Source of the DNA: Carpediemonas membranifera BICM
Lineage: Eukaryota > Protista > Fornicata
NCBI GenBank assembly: GCA_019828565.1
Contig: JAHDYR010000069.1
Coordinates: forward strand, 502,799-566,798
Length of the DNA stretch: 64,000 nucleotides
Reading direction: 5' to 3'
Shown: in pieces, positions 13,101-24,422 of the stretch
How the letters are laid out: each line of letters starts with the position of its first letter
Position numbering within the stretch: position 1 is the stretch's first letter
The notes under the pieces: model-generated
What the model saw: the letters and a program-made list of their open reading frames with translations, nothing else
Database searches by the model: none
What the model was told of the DNA's origin: nothing
Made by a program: the position numbers and the translations under genes

Positions 13101-14236
13101 CAATCGTCTTCTGTGTCACCCGCCCCGAGTTCAGTAGCCTGCTCAAGCTCAAGCCATTCTCAATCTCAACAGACCACCGGAACTTGGTCTGGCTGTTGAT
13201 GAAATCAGAGGAGGGCACCCGGAAGCTGACAAGGGGGCGCCTAATCCTCTCAGAATACCCGTTCGAGATCCGGCACATTCCGGGCTCGTCAAACCTCGTC
13301 GCCGACGCCCTATCCAGGCCCCCCGTCCGCGCCAGCGCGGACGAGTCAACGACGGACGACCATCTCGACACCATCGTCCAGGCGCATGCTGGAAGTTCGC
13401 ACACGTCGCGGTCGACCAGACGATCCGCAACGGAACTATCATGCGCCGCCTCCGCGCACTGCTGATCGACGCTAAGTCAACCGACTGGGTCGACCTGATA
13501 CCATTCGTCCAACACGTCGTCAACTCATCCACCCACGCCACCACCGGGTTTTCGCCGTTCGAGATCCTCTTCGGCTCAACTACCAGACTCACCACTCTGT
13601 CGGACAACCAGCTTGAAGACGCGATTCAACTCCTCAACCTCACCTCCCAGAGAACCCAAGCCGCAATCAAGAAATTCCAATCCGACGTGAAAGCGGTTCA
13701 GGACCTCGCCCGCCAGCGCATCGAGGCGTACGAGCAGTCCAAGGCCTCCTCTGCCAACACTCTAGAGTTCCCCTGGAAAGACCAGGAACTCGTCCTCGTA
13801 CGCTACCCCACGAAGACTCCATCCAAAAATCCTCGCCCCTATTCGCGGCCCTGTCCGCATGGTGGGGGAAGGGAAGAGCCCCAATACCTACCGCCTCCAG
13901 GACCTGGTCACGAAGGCCGAGCTACTCGTACATGCCGATCGCCTCGTGCCGTTCAAACGTGCCCATAACACGTCGCTCAAGGACCTTGAGACCCTGGTCG
14001 GGTTCGAACAGGACGAACAGCCTGTCGAGTCCATCGTCGGGCATCGCGAACGCTCTGGCCGCCTCGAAATGCTTATCCATTGGCAGGGCCTCGAAGATTC
14101 TGAAGACAGTTACATCCCGTATAACGCCTACTACGACCAGCTGTCAGCCCTTGACGATTACCTCCAGACCAACCCGCACCTGCGCCCTTTGTTCGACCGC
14201 TATAAGCGCAAGTTCCGCACTCGCGGACGCCGCTAG
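10117..14236 (+). pseudogene. Gag-Pol of A (frameshifted; Gag, PR, RT, RH, partial IN, chromodomain)
   Basis: LDTGA, YIDD, TDAS, ADALSR, IVGHR…IHWQG; sequence jumps from the start of the IN zinc finger to the end of the core near 13425. Confidence 0.9.
10124..10135 (+). promoter_or_regulatory. Palindrome at the PBS position of A (AATATCGATATT)
   Basis: Perfect 12-bp palindrome from the terminal A of the LTR; lies inside the gag coding sequence. Confidence 0.8.
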
Positions 14237-14256
14237 GTCGCCCTCCGGAGGGGAAG

Positions 14257-14331
14257 TGTGATGGGTTATCCTGCACAACCTGCAGTGCACTTTATGTAAA
14301 CAGTTCTCCGTTCCATCTCTAACATGTCACA
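14257..14331 (+). repeat. 3' LTR of A (75 bp)
   Basis: Follows PPT, followed by TSD GAAC. Confidence 0.95.
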
Positions 14332-16080
14332 GAACTAATGACGAAGTGAGGTTTATTCGAAACCCGATCAAGGGCAAAAATGGTTATAACTAAAATTGCC
14401 CAACACTTCTCTCTCTTAGAAGAGTGGGTGACACTCGAGATAATAGTCGAGAGCCTCGAGGTCCCTGACCTCGAGGTAGGGAAGCCATTAGTCGTCCTCG
14501 GCACCATAGCCATCCCAGCGGATGAGGAACTCGAAGGAGGTCTTGTTGAGGCCGCCACGGAGGGCCAGGATCTCTTGTACAAGGTAGGAGTCCTCGTCCA
14601 TGGCGACGAGCTCGATGTCAGTGAGGAGGCCATTGGAGACGAAGCGGCGGAGGCGTGTGGCGTGATAGGTCTGGGTGCGACGAGTCGCAGGATTGATAAC
14701 CTCGTAAATGTCGTTCGAGCGGGAGGTTATGGTGTAGGGGCCCATGAGCTTGGGGGTCAACTTGCTGTCGGGACGCGTCGGGTAGGTTACTAAGACCTGG
14801 TCGCCGATGGCAAAGACGTCCGAGGTTGAAGGGCCGGGGTTGAAGGTCTGATCCTGGTTAAGGCGGGCTGCTTGAACGAGGATCTCCTGGATTTGGACGA
14901 TGTCTGGGTGCTCTCCCTCTCCCTGTGACACTACGTCGATGATGCTGCGGTCGAGGTTGACGGCGGTGCCGAAGACGAGGGCAGCGGGTGACATGCCAAT
15001 GCTAGAGTTGGTGGTAGCGTTAAGAAGGCGTTGGACCATGGGCAGGTACAGAGACCACTTGGAGGAGAGTCTGAGTTCAGAGGTCAGGGCGACGAGATGA
15101 TGGTTCACCTCGCGGTTGACCCTCTCGACTAGGCCGTTCGCGCGGTGGTGGTAGGGCAGCGTGACGGTGTGGGCCACGTGCAGGGAGGCCAAGATCTCCT
15201 TGAAGAGCTTGGCAGTGAACTGGGAGCCACCATCAGTGCGGACGGTCTGAGGGAATCCGTAGTGGCCGGCGAACTGGATGAATGCGCGGCAGGCAGACTC
15301 GGAGGAAGTTGAAGGGACAGCGACTAGCTCTGTAAAGCGTGAGAAGTTGTCAACCGTGACGATGATAAACTTGTTACCAAAGTCATCCTCCGGGAAGACC
15401 CATAGTGTCGATGGAGACGGCCACGAACGGGTCAGAGGAGAACGTAGGACGCAGGGTAGAAGTCGTCTTCTTGGCTGTCTCGCGGACCTTCTGACAGATG
15501 GGGCATGAGGCAATAAAGCCCTTGATGTCATCCAGCATGTTGGTCCATTCGATGCCGCGGAGCTTGAGGCGCTCCATGGTGGTCACGGCGCCCATATGAC
15601 CGGCGACGGGACCGTGCACGGACTCAATGTCCACATGATGGTCAGACAGGGAAGGACAGCCTTGAGACAGCGAGAGAGGACATCTGCGGCCGCGTTGTCG
15701 AGGCCGGGGATGTGATGAATCACGAAGACATACTCTTGGAGACGGAGGCTCCAGCGCACCACCTTCGGGGTCTCACTGCGCGACATGTAGATCAAGTTCT
15801 TATGATCGGTCTGGACCTCGAAGAACTGGCCTCGGATGAACGGATCGAACTTGGTGATGGCGAAGAAGATTCCATATGCTTCTTGCTCGATCGTGGCCCA
15901 AGCTGACTCAGTCATCGTGAAGCGGCGCGAGATGAAGGCGACAGGTGCCTCCTTGCCGGAGACGGGATCTTGCTGCGCGAGAAGAGCGCCACAGCCGAGC
16001 GAAGAAGCGTCGGTCTTGATCACCAGGGGCTTCGAGTAGTCTGGGAAAGATAGGAGGGGTGCCTGGACGATAGCCACGAC

Positions 16081-16722
16081 TTGGTGAAACACGGAATCGT
16101 ACAGCTGCTTAGCACGACCTCGACAGAGGTCCTTCATGAGGAACCCCTTGATGATGGGCTCCTAAAGGACGAGAAGTACCGAGCGAAGGTTGCATACGAC
16201 GAAATGGAACGCCTGCAGAAAGCAAACAGGCCTATTCCGCAAGCAATCGCTGATCAGGCAAGTAAGATCACGCAGGCACGCGCAGATATCCTGATTAATG
16301 AGCCTCTGCTCCGGAACGGCCGTCCTCTAGTGATTGAGGTCACAGTCGGCAAGTCTGACTCGGACTCATTCATCCAGAAGAAGAAGGACCAGTACGCCGA
16401 CTACAATGTTGACGTCATCGTCGTCGCACTCACTCCAACCGGCAGCCACATCGAGTCAGCCGCCAGGAGTCTGGTTGAAATCGGACAGGAAATCTGCACG
16501 ATCACCGGCGCAGAATGCTTTACTGACCGCCGAGCTCGGTCGGTTCTCGCGATCGCACTGATGGGCTGGCTACTGAAGAAGTCATTCGAGCTCCGCAAGG
16601 CACACCGCCTGCTCCATCTGGCCACGTCCGTGATCAATCCTCCACATCTCCCCCCACCCCCTCCCACCGCCGCCATCCAGCGGAGTCAGCGTGGAGGCGC
16701 TTCGGCGCCCCGCAATGGCTGA
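16081..16722 (+). mobile_element. Non-LTR retrotransposon C-terminal fragment, restriction-like endonuclease (RLE; CRE/R2-type)
   Basis: EEPL…RADILI…VIEVTV…KKKDQY…ALTPTG matches the PD-(D/E)xK RLE pattern; 5'-truncated against B. Confidence 0.65.
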
Positions 16723-16890
16723 ATAATGGTATGTACATGTTTACATACAATCGAGTAAATTCATAAACGAGATGTTGTTAACCCATGTAAGTTTGGGTTG
16801 GACTGTTATAAGCGAGGAGTATCGAGCTGTTGCCCGGGGTGTTTACGTGTTACATATGTAATATGTAATTCCCCGGGGTTGATTCGCTCC

Positions 16891-16988
16891 TGTGATTTGG
16901 TCTCGCCCGGTCAAATTCGACACCCTTGTGTCGAATTTTAAATCACTCTTCGCCAGCTTTGCCTTTGTTGTCTCCGTTCGCGAGAACA
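16891..16988 (+). repeat. 5' LTR of G (about 98 bp; left boundary inferred)
   Basis: TGTGA…GAACA; internal 11-bp stem AAATTCGACAC/GTGTCGAATTT; no partner in window. Confidence 0.65.
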
Positions 16989-16999
16989 GTATTAATACT
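16988..16999 (+). promoter_or_regulatory. Palindrome at the PBS position of G (AGTATTAATACT)
   Basis: Perfect 12-bp palindrome, 7 nt upstream of the gag ATG. Confidence 0.8.
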
Positions 17000-17762
17000 C
17001 TCTCAAATGAACAACACACACTTGCAAGTCCCTTTCTTGTCCTCTTTGGACAGGATTTCCTTTTTCCGCTTCCTCGATGCTTACGACCTCTATGTCGCAC
17101 AAGCCACCGCCCTTAATCTAGCTATTCCACCGCGTATTACCTTCATCAGCCCCACTGTAGCCCGCATCATCGGCATCCGCGTCGATCTCAATGAACTCGA
17201 CGACGCCGACATCTTCGGCCGTATTACGGACGAGTTCTTCCGATTCAACACGCAAATCGAAGCCCACCGCGCCCTAGAGCGCCTCCATCTCCACACCAAG
17301 ACGCCCATGGCGCTTCTTCAGCACATCGCCGCTTTCCAACGTAACCTCGAGCTGTGCGACGACGACACCCGTCCATCCGCCGCTCAACAGCGCAAGCTAT
17401 TCGTGCGCTCGCTGCCTCCGCTTCTACAGAGCCGCGTTAAGCTCATGGAGCCCGGCAGCTTCGATGACGCCTGCAACCATGCCATCACTGAGCTCGACGA
17501 GCTCATCGCCGCCCGCGAACAGCTCGGCTTGCAGGACAACCATGCTACCTCCGCCGAACGCGCCACGGCGGCGCCCGCCGCCCTACGCGAGCGCCCTACC
17601 GCACCGCACCATGGACCCGTCAAGTGCCACGGATGCGGCCACGAGGGCCACATGCGCCCGAACTGCCCGAACAGCCGCCATCCCCATTTCTTCACTACGG
17701 GGATGCGCCGCAACCCCATCCGTCTTACGCCGATCAAGGCTGAGGCAAAGAAGATCGGATCC

Positions 17763-17807
17763 CGCGATATCGTATCTCGCGATGTCGTATCTCGCGATAT
17801 CGTATCT
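17763..17807 (+). repeat. 15-bp x3 in-frame tandem repeat in the G Gag-PR linker
   Basis: CGCGAT(A/G)TCGTATCT encoding RDIVS/RDVVS/RDIVS. Confidence 0.85.
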
Positions 17808-17955
17808 CCAGATTTGGTCGAGCCCCACTCTGACACAGTCCACTCTGACACTACCGATGCCATCGCACCCCCACGCGTCGAAGCGACCATCAGTGATGAC
17901 AACCCGATCTCCACAGTCCTGCTCGACACAGGCGCTACGCACAACTTCGTCGACC

Positions 17956-18031
17956 TGTGCCGGATGGCAGCAGAAAACGGGGAAATCCATTTACCTTAAA
18001 GTGCACTGGGAGTGAGGGAGATGCTGTGACA
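17956..18031 (-). repeat. 3' LTR of E (76 bp)
   Basis: Identical to 31002-31077. Confidence 0.95.
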
Positions 18032-19387
18032 TCTTGCCCCCCTAAGCCGAAGCTTATTGGCTCTAAGGTAAGCACGAGCGAGCGAGACTCCGGAGAGTGC
18101 AGTCGCCGGCTCATAGGTGGGTTCGTCGTAGCCTTCCCACTTCACCTTCAGTTCGAGGATGTCGTCCTTGACGCGGTGCTTGAGGATCTTCTCAACGATA
18201 AAAGTCTCCTCGTCTGAGGAAGCTAGCTGGCGGAGCTTGTTGAAGTGGTAGTTCACGTGGAACGGGAGCAGGTGATCCCGGTGGACGGTTGTGGTGGTGT
18301 TCGTGATGATGTCGGCGATAACGACGGCCTTGTGGTCGAGGATCTCGAGGATCTTGTAGGGTCCCAGGTGACCGTGCAACTTGGGGGTCCTGTTGCGCTG
18401 TACGAGGACTAGGTCACCTGGCTTGAGCTCGGTCTCTGCGGTCTTTCCTTTGGCAAGGCGCTTCTCGACAACCTTACGTTGCGTCTCCTCCCCCTTCTTG
18501 GAAAGGGACTTCAGGTGGTTAGTGAGGTTGTCTAGGTATTCACGATGGGAGGATAGGATTGTCTCGGAAGCTGTAGGGTCAGTCGGGGCGAGTAGCCGGG
18601 CTCTAGTGGCGGACGGGTCCAAATGCTCGCCGTAAAGCATGCTGTGGGGGGTGAGGCCTGTGGCAGAGCAGATAGAAGTGTTCAGCAAAAGCTGAACGGC
18701 AGGGAGAAGCCTGCTCCACTCGTCAAACTTGTTAAAGTTGAGCGTGAGGCAGCGGAGGCGCTTCATCACTTCGGCGTTACGGCGTTCAACAACGCCGTTG
18801 GACTGGGGATGATACGGGAGAGTGTGTTGTTCGGTGATCTCGGCATCAGACAGGAGGGCCTTGATCACGGCACCAGTGTACTCCGGCCCGTTGTCAGCCT
18901 TAATGGCGGCAGGGATGCCATGACGGCAGACAAGTTGTTGCCAGATGGCAGAGGCAGCGGCATCGGCAGTGTTCTCATCGCTGGCATATAACTCCGTGTA
19001 CCTGGTGAACATATCAACAAGGACGAAGATGTACTTGCGGCCGAACATGTCTGCGGGGATGGGGCCTATGGTGTCAATGGCGACCGTGTGGAAAGGCTTA
19101 TACACGGCCGTGGTCCCTAGGCTTGACTGAGCGAACTCAGAGAGTCTAGCCTTGAGACAGATCGGACAGGAGTGGACGTAGGCGGCGATCTCTTGAGTCG
19201 CGCTGACCCAGGTGTAGCCGTCATCGCGGAGGCGGGTGTACGTGGCTCTAGCTCCGTGGTGGCCACGGTGAGCGATGGCAATAAGCTCTTGGCGTAAGCC
19301 CTTCGTTTGATCACAGGTCGGGATCATGCAGGCTCCGTTCCGGCGTCGGAGACCATCAGCGTCTACCGGCAGCTTGCTGATCTCCGG

Positions 19388-19469
19388 TGTGAGCAGTTTA
19401 GGGTACCAACTACACGTGCGAACCCTATAAACAGTTTGTTTTGAAACCTTTAACCTCGACAAGATCACA
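19388..19469 (+). repeat. 5' LTR of D (82 bp)
   Basis: TGTGA…TCACA, contains TATAAA. Confidence 0.95.
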
Positions 19470-19478
19470 GTGTACACT
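19469..19478 (+). promoter_or_regulatory. Palindrome at the PBS position of D (AGTGTACACT)
   Basis: Perfect 10-bp palindrome from the terminal A of the LTR. Confidence 0.8.
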
Positions 19479-19484
19479 CATCTA

Positions 19485-22400
19485 ATGTCCGACTACATAC
19501 CAAGACCTTTCTTACTAACACTAGAAGAACAGGCGTTCACCAAGTTCCGATCGTCCTACCGTGCGTACCGAGCTCAACGCCTTGACGATCCTCTTCTCCA
19601 TCCGACTGCCCTGATGGATCCTACGCCTCTTCTTCTCATCACACGCCGTCTCAACGACAATCCGGCCGATCTTCCGGCGGATACTGTCTTGGACACAGTC
19701 TACCAAACATTCTATAGCCCCCGCAGTAACGTTCAAGCACTAGCCAAGCTGAAGTCGCTGCGGTGCGCCCGAACGGGCCCCTTACCAACGCCTGCACAGC
19801 TTCTCAACCATATCGAACGCTTCGAAACTATCCGGAGCTCGTTCACAGCCGACGTCACACCACCAGAGAAGCTAATGGTGAAGGCATACCTGCAGGCACT
19901 TCCAGATCCTCTTGCGGAGCGTATCCGCATGGAGCAGCCAGATGACGTCGCAGAGGCGCAGGACCACGCCATTGATGAACTGGAGGAACTCCTTAACCTC
20001 CAGTCGCTCCTGCAGCCGGAACCGGCCCAGCCAGCTGGTAAGCGCCCGACTCCCGGCGCCGCCGCTGGGGCTAGACTACCCCAACGATTGTCTGCCCCCT
20101 GCCACGGCTGTGGCCACACGGGCCACATCCGCCCCAACTGTCCCTATCAAGGACACAGAGATTTCTTCCGCTCTGGCGTGCGCAAGACTCCCATCCAGGG
20201 TCCGCCAGTCAAGCGCGAAAAGGCGAATCTGGCCGCCACTGATCACGACGGCCTCATCTGTCGCCAAGCCACTCTCTATGTTCCCATCAACGAGAGTACT
20301 GCCACAGAGGTCTGTGCAGTACTCGATACTGGTGCAACTATTGACCTCATCTCCCCCACGATAGCCGAATCATTTATCCAACGTGGCGCTCTTCCAGCCG
20401 TCGCTAACGTTCGTTTGGATACCGCGAACGGTCCAGTTTTCATCAAGAGAGCTGTGTTCCTTGCCATGCTCATTGATGGCGTTCGCTCCATTCGGCCATT
20501 CTACATCCTCCCCTCTATGTCGGAGGATCTGATCCTCTCAAACTCCACTATCCAAGATCTCTCCCTCTCCTTGGCCCCAACGGCCGATGAGGAGACGATC
20601 GATGAGGATCACGCACCCGTCACTCGCCTAGATGAAGGAGAGCAGCTCCCTGACGTAGGTTCAACCGCGTCTGCCCTCCCGCCAGCCATCAGAGCCGTCT
20701 ATGATGAGTATGCCGAAGTCTTCACCAGCCGTCCCCACCCAGACGGAGCAGACGTTCCCCCTATGGAGATAGAGCTGCTTGAGGGCGCCACACCGGCTGC
20801 TCAACCGCCGCGTCGTCTATCCCCTGCAATCCGGCAGGAGGTTGATGACCAGGTGAACGAGCTCCTTGCTCAAGGAATCGTCCGCCCCTCACGCTCTCCC
20901 TGGGCTGCACCCGTCTTTACTGTCCCCAAAAAGGGCGGTGCCCGCCGCCTCGTCGTGGACTACCGTCAGGCGAATGATCGCATCAAGCAAGTCAGTTTCC
21001 CACTTGCACACCAAGAAGAGCTGATGTCGCATCTCGCAGGCCAACGTTGCTTTGCGACGTTAGATCTCGTGAGTGGATACCACCAGATCCCACTGTCCGA
21101 ACGTTCCATTCCGATAACCGCGTTTTCAACTCCAACCGGCCTTTATGAGTATACGCGCGTTCCATTTGGCGTCAAAACAGCTCCTGCTACCTTCCAGGCC
21201 ATCATGACCCAATTGCTCTCCAAGTTTGTCGGAACTACGTGCGAGGTCTTCATAGACGACATCATCATTCACGCATCAACCACGGACGAACTAGCTACAC
21301 GCCTAGCTGAGATCCTTGCCGTTCTCAAGGAACATCGCTTCGTCCTTCATCCCAGCAAGTGCTGTCTGTACGCTGAGCAGGTGGAATACCTCGGCCATAT
21401 CATCTCCCCCGAGGGAATCCGCATGTCCCCCGCCCGGGTCAAGGCCGTTCAGGCCATGGCTCCTCCTAAGGACATCAAGACCACGCGGGCCTTCTGTGGA
21501 GCGATGAATTATTTCCGTAGGTTCATCCCCAACCTCAGCTCGATCCTACAGCCACTATACGCCCTCACCTCTGGGAAGGTCCGGTGGAAATGGACAAAGG
21601 AGGCCCAGACTGCTTTCGAAGAGAGCAAGAACCTCGCCGCCCACACGCCGTGTTTAGCCTTCCTGGACTACTCTGCCCCAATTATCGTTCGCACCGATGC
21701 TAGCGACATTGGCTGTGGAGGCGTGCTCCTCAACGTCAAGGATGGCGTTGAACACGTAGTCTCCTACTGTAGCCACGCATTCACCACCGCAGAGCGCAAC
21801 TGGGCTGTCATCGAAAAGGAAGCCTTCGGCATCTTCTTCGCTGTTGTCGAGAAGTACTCCCCCTATCTCCTCGGCCACTCGTTCGCCATACAGACAGACC
21901 ACCGTAACCTAGTTTATATGCGCCGTTCTACCACACCCAAGGTCGTCCGCTGGAACCTCAGACTCCAAGAGTTCGACTTTGTCGTTGAACACATCTCTGG
22001 CGTCTCCAACACCCTCACTGATGGCATATCCAGGTGCTTCATCGTCCAACCCCCCGAGAATGCCCCTACACTCCAGCGACTTATCATAGCCTCTGTCCAC
22101 AATGCCGTCGAGGGACACCTCGGCCGAGAGGCTACACTCCGCCTCCTTAAGGAACGAAACCTTGACTTCCGTGGAATGAGCAACGCTGTCGCCGAGTATA
22201 TCAAGGCTTGCCCGATATGTCAGAAGAACGCCAGACTTCCCAAGCGCCTTCAGACAGGCCTCCGCCCTACCATGGGCGTCACCCCACGCTCCTGCTGGGC
22301 GTTTGATACGGTCGGGCCTTATCCTGCAGACTCCAACGGATGCCGCTACGTTATCACCTTCATTGACACCTTCACACGCTTCGTAGAGCTGGTCCCATGC

Positions 22401-23322
22401 AAGGATGCTTCTTCTGCAGAGGCCCTTCGCGCTCTTATCTCCGTCACGGGACGCTACGGTACTCCGTCTTCTTTCCGAAGTGATCGCGGTTCTCAGTACC
22501 TTGCCACCGCTTTCCAACAGCTCATTAAGCTCTTCGGCGCCCAACACGTTGTCTCTCTTCCATACCACCCCAGAGCCAACGGGCTCGTCGAAAGAGCTAA
22601 CGCCGAGCTCTCACGACACCTACGTACCATCACTCAGGAGCTGCGCGACGTTAACAACTGGTCCCTTTACCTCCCAGTCGTCCAGCGGATCATGAACACC
22701 ACGATATGTGCCACCACGGGCATTGCCCCCGCACAGCTCATGTTCGCTTCACAGAACGTCACCCCCTTCCTGTCGTCCGACGCCCACGTTGAGGGAGGAG
22801 AAGAGTGAATACGGCCGCTTCTTTAGCCGTGTTCTCCAGGCCCAGCCCAAGCTCATTGAGACAGCACGCCAGCACCAAGAGAACGACCTCTCGAAACGTC
22901 CGGCTTTCGGCGACGAGCCCCTTCCTATTGGCTCGAAGGTGCTAGTCACGCGCCCTTCGAAGCGCCCCACCAAGCTGTCTACTAAGCTCGTTGGCCCATA
23001 CACGATCACTGACCGCGAGCACGACATCTACACCGTACACAACCCCACTGCCGGCGCCACCTTCCAGTATCACGGTTCCCGGCTCGTGGAGTACGACGAC
23101 TCCCTGGCCTTCGATGACATCACCGTCGCCTCTCTTGACGACGACACCTACGAAGTCGAGGCCATCACCCGCCACCGCGGTGGCCCCACGAAGTCTACCC
23201 TCGAATTCCTCGTCGCCTGGGATGGCTACCCAGGCGCCGATGAGTGGCTCCCGTACCACGAGGTCCGCGACCTCGAAGCCCTCGACATTTATGCCGAGGC
23301 TCACCCGGAGCTGCACCTTTAG
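19485..23322 (+). CDS. Gag-Pol polyprotein of D (one frameshift near 22795)
   Basis: CHGCGHTGHIRPNC, LDTGA, FIDD, TDAS, HHCC, YHPRANGLVER; GPY and chromodomain in the 22708-23322 frame. Confidence 0.92.
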
Positions 23323-23330
23323 AGGGGAAG

Positions 23331-23412
23331 TGTGAGCAGTTTAGGGTACCAACTACACGTGCGAACCCTATAAACAGTTTGTTTTGAAACCTTTAACCTC
23401 GACAAGATCACA
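23331..23412 (+). repeat. 3' LTR of D (82 bp)
   Basis: Identical to the 5' LTR. Confidence 0.95.
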
Positions 23413-23891
23413 CCGGGTCCTCTCCTTGGAAGTGTGCCAGTCTGTACTTGAACCGGGCATCGACAGATATGGCGGCGACGGGTTGGGCTGTAGTCTGGCC
23501 GTGGCCATACCGGCTGAGCGAATCAGCTATGACGTTATCCTTCCCGGGAACGTGTGTGATTTCAAAGTCGAAGTCGGCTAGCGTCAGACGCCAGCGGAGG
23601 ATCTTGTCGTTCGTCGCGGACTTGTAGATCATGTAGATCAGATTACGGTGGTCTGTTCTGAGGGTTACATGCTTCACGCGCAGAAGGTGGGTGAGGGAGG
23701 GGTGCGTGAAGGCGTATACGATGGCGAAAAGTTCCTGTTCGCAGGTAGCCCATCTGGTCTGGGTGGGGGTGAACGTATGAGAGAAATAGGCCAGCACTTG
23801 TCTGCCCGAGTTGTCGTTGGGAGTCTGGTAGAGTACACCTCCGGCTCCGACATTGGAAGCGTCGGTCTCGAGGGTCCAAGGAAGGGACAAG

Positions 23892-23995
23892 TGTGGTGGG
23901 CACAGAACAACAACAATCAATGCGAAGTGTTTAAATAGGGTCGAACCCTAGTGGTAAATATGGCCTAAATATATACGGGTCAGGTGACCACTACA
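23892..23995 (-). repeat. 3' LTR of F (104 bp)
   Basis: Identical to 28297-28400. Confidence 0.95.
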
Positions 23996-24422
23996 CTGCC
24001 CCCATGACTTCCACCATAACATTGTGGATTGTCATCAAATTGAAAGATATCGATCAAATATAAAAGATCTTGTCGTCCCCAGACCTAATCTAAATTCCTT
24101 TTGCGATCTTCGGAAATTTGGTCCTTTTTGTCAGATTTGGCACAAAATGAGTCATTGCGTCTAAGTTGCCAGTGACGACGGATTGGTACGTAACTATGAT
24201 CTTCTTCACGCTCAATACTTCGTTCTTCTCCATTTCTGTCTCTTTCGCGCTTCTGTCTCGCTTCTTCAGTTTCATCGCTTCTCATTAGTTCGTTTCGGCG
24301 AGTTCACGCTCTCTCTCTCTCTTAGGTGATCATTTGCGTTCATTATCATTATCCTCGTGATTGCAATCACTTTTCCTCTTCTTCTCTTCTTTCTTCATCA
24401 AACAACATCAACAGCACACGTC

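Larger units (their letters stand above)
10050..14331 (+). mobile_element. Gypsy element A with both ends intact (integrase core deleted)
   Basis: 75-bp LTRs 10050-10124 and 14257-14331 (1 mismatch), 4-bp TSD GAAC, PPT GGAGGGGAAG. Confidence 0.95.
10030..16080 (-). mobile_element. Gypsy element B 3' portion (RNase H-IN-chromodomain, 14416-16080); its 3' LTR is split by element A
   Basis: TDAS, TDHKNL, HHCC zinc finger, GPY, chromodomain; PPT GAGAGAGAAG 14406-14415; LTR = 14336-14405 + 10030-10049 (about 90 bp, TG…CA). Confidence 0.85.
19388..23412 (+). mobile_element. Gypsy element D, complete (4025 bp), nested in E
   Basis: Identical 82-bp LTRs 19388-19469 and 23331-23412, TSD CCGG, PPT AGAGGGGAAG. 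Confidence 0.96.

Noticed and set aside
14488-14490. Alternative genetic code (in-frame TAA in the B chromodomain)
   Set aside because: Host genes such as V-ATPase D and GSS end properly at TAA; this is most likely a point mutation.
16773-16890. Possible additional solo LTR with the palindrome TTACATATGTAA
   Set aside because: No partner, TSD or following gag, and the palindrome register differs from the other eight; unresolved.
24085-24285. env gene in element F
   Set aside because: Too short, no signal peptide or TM helix.
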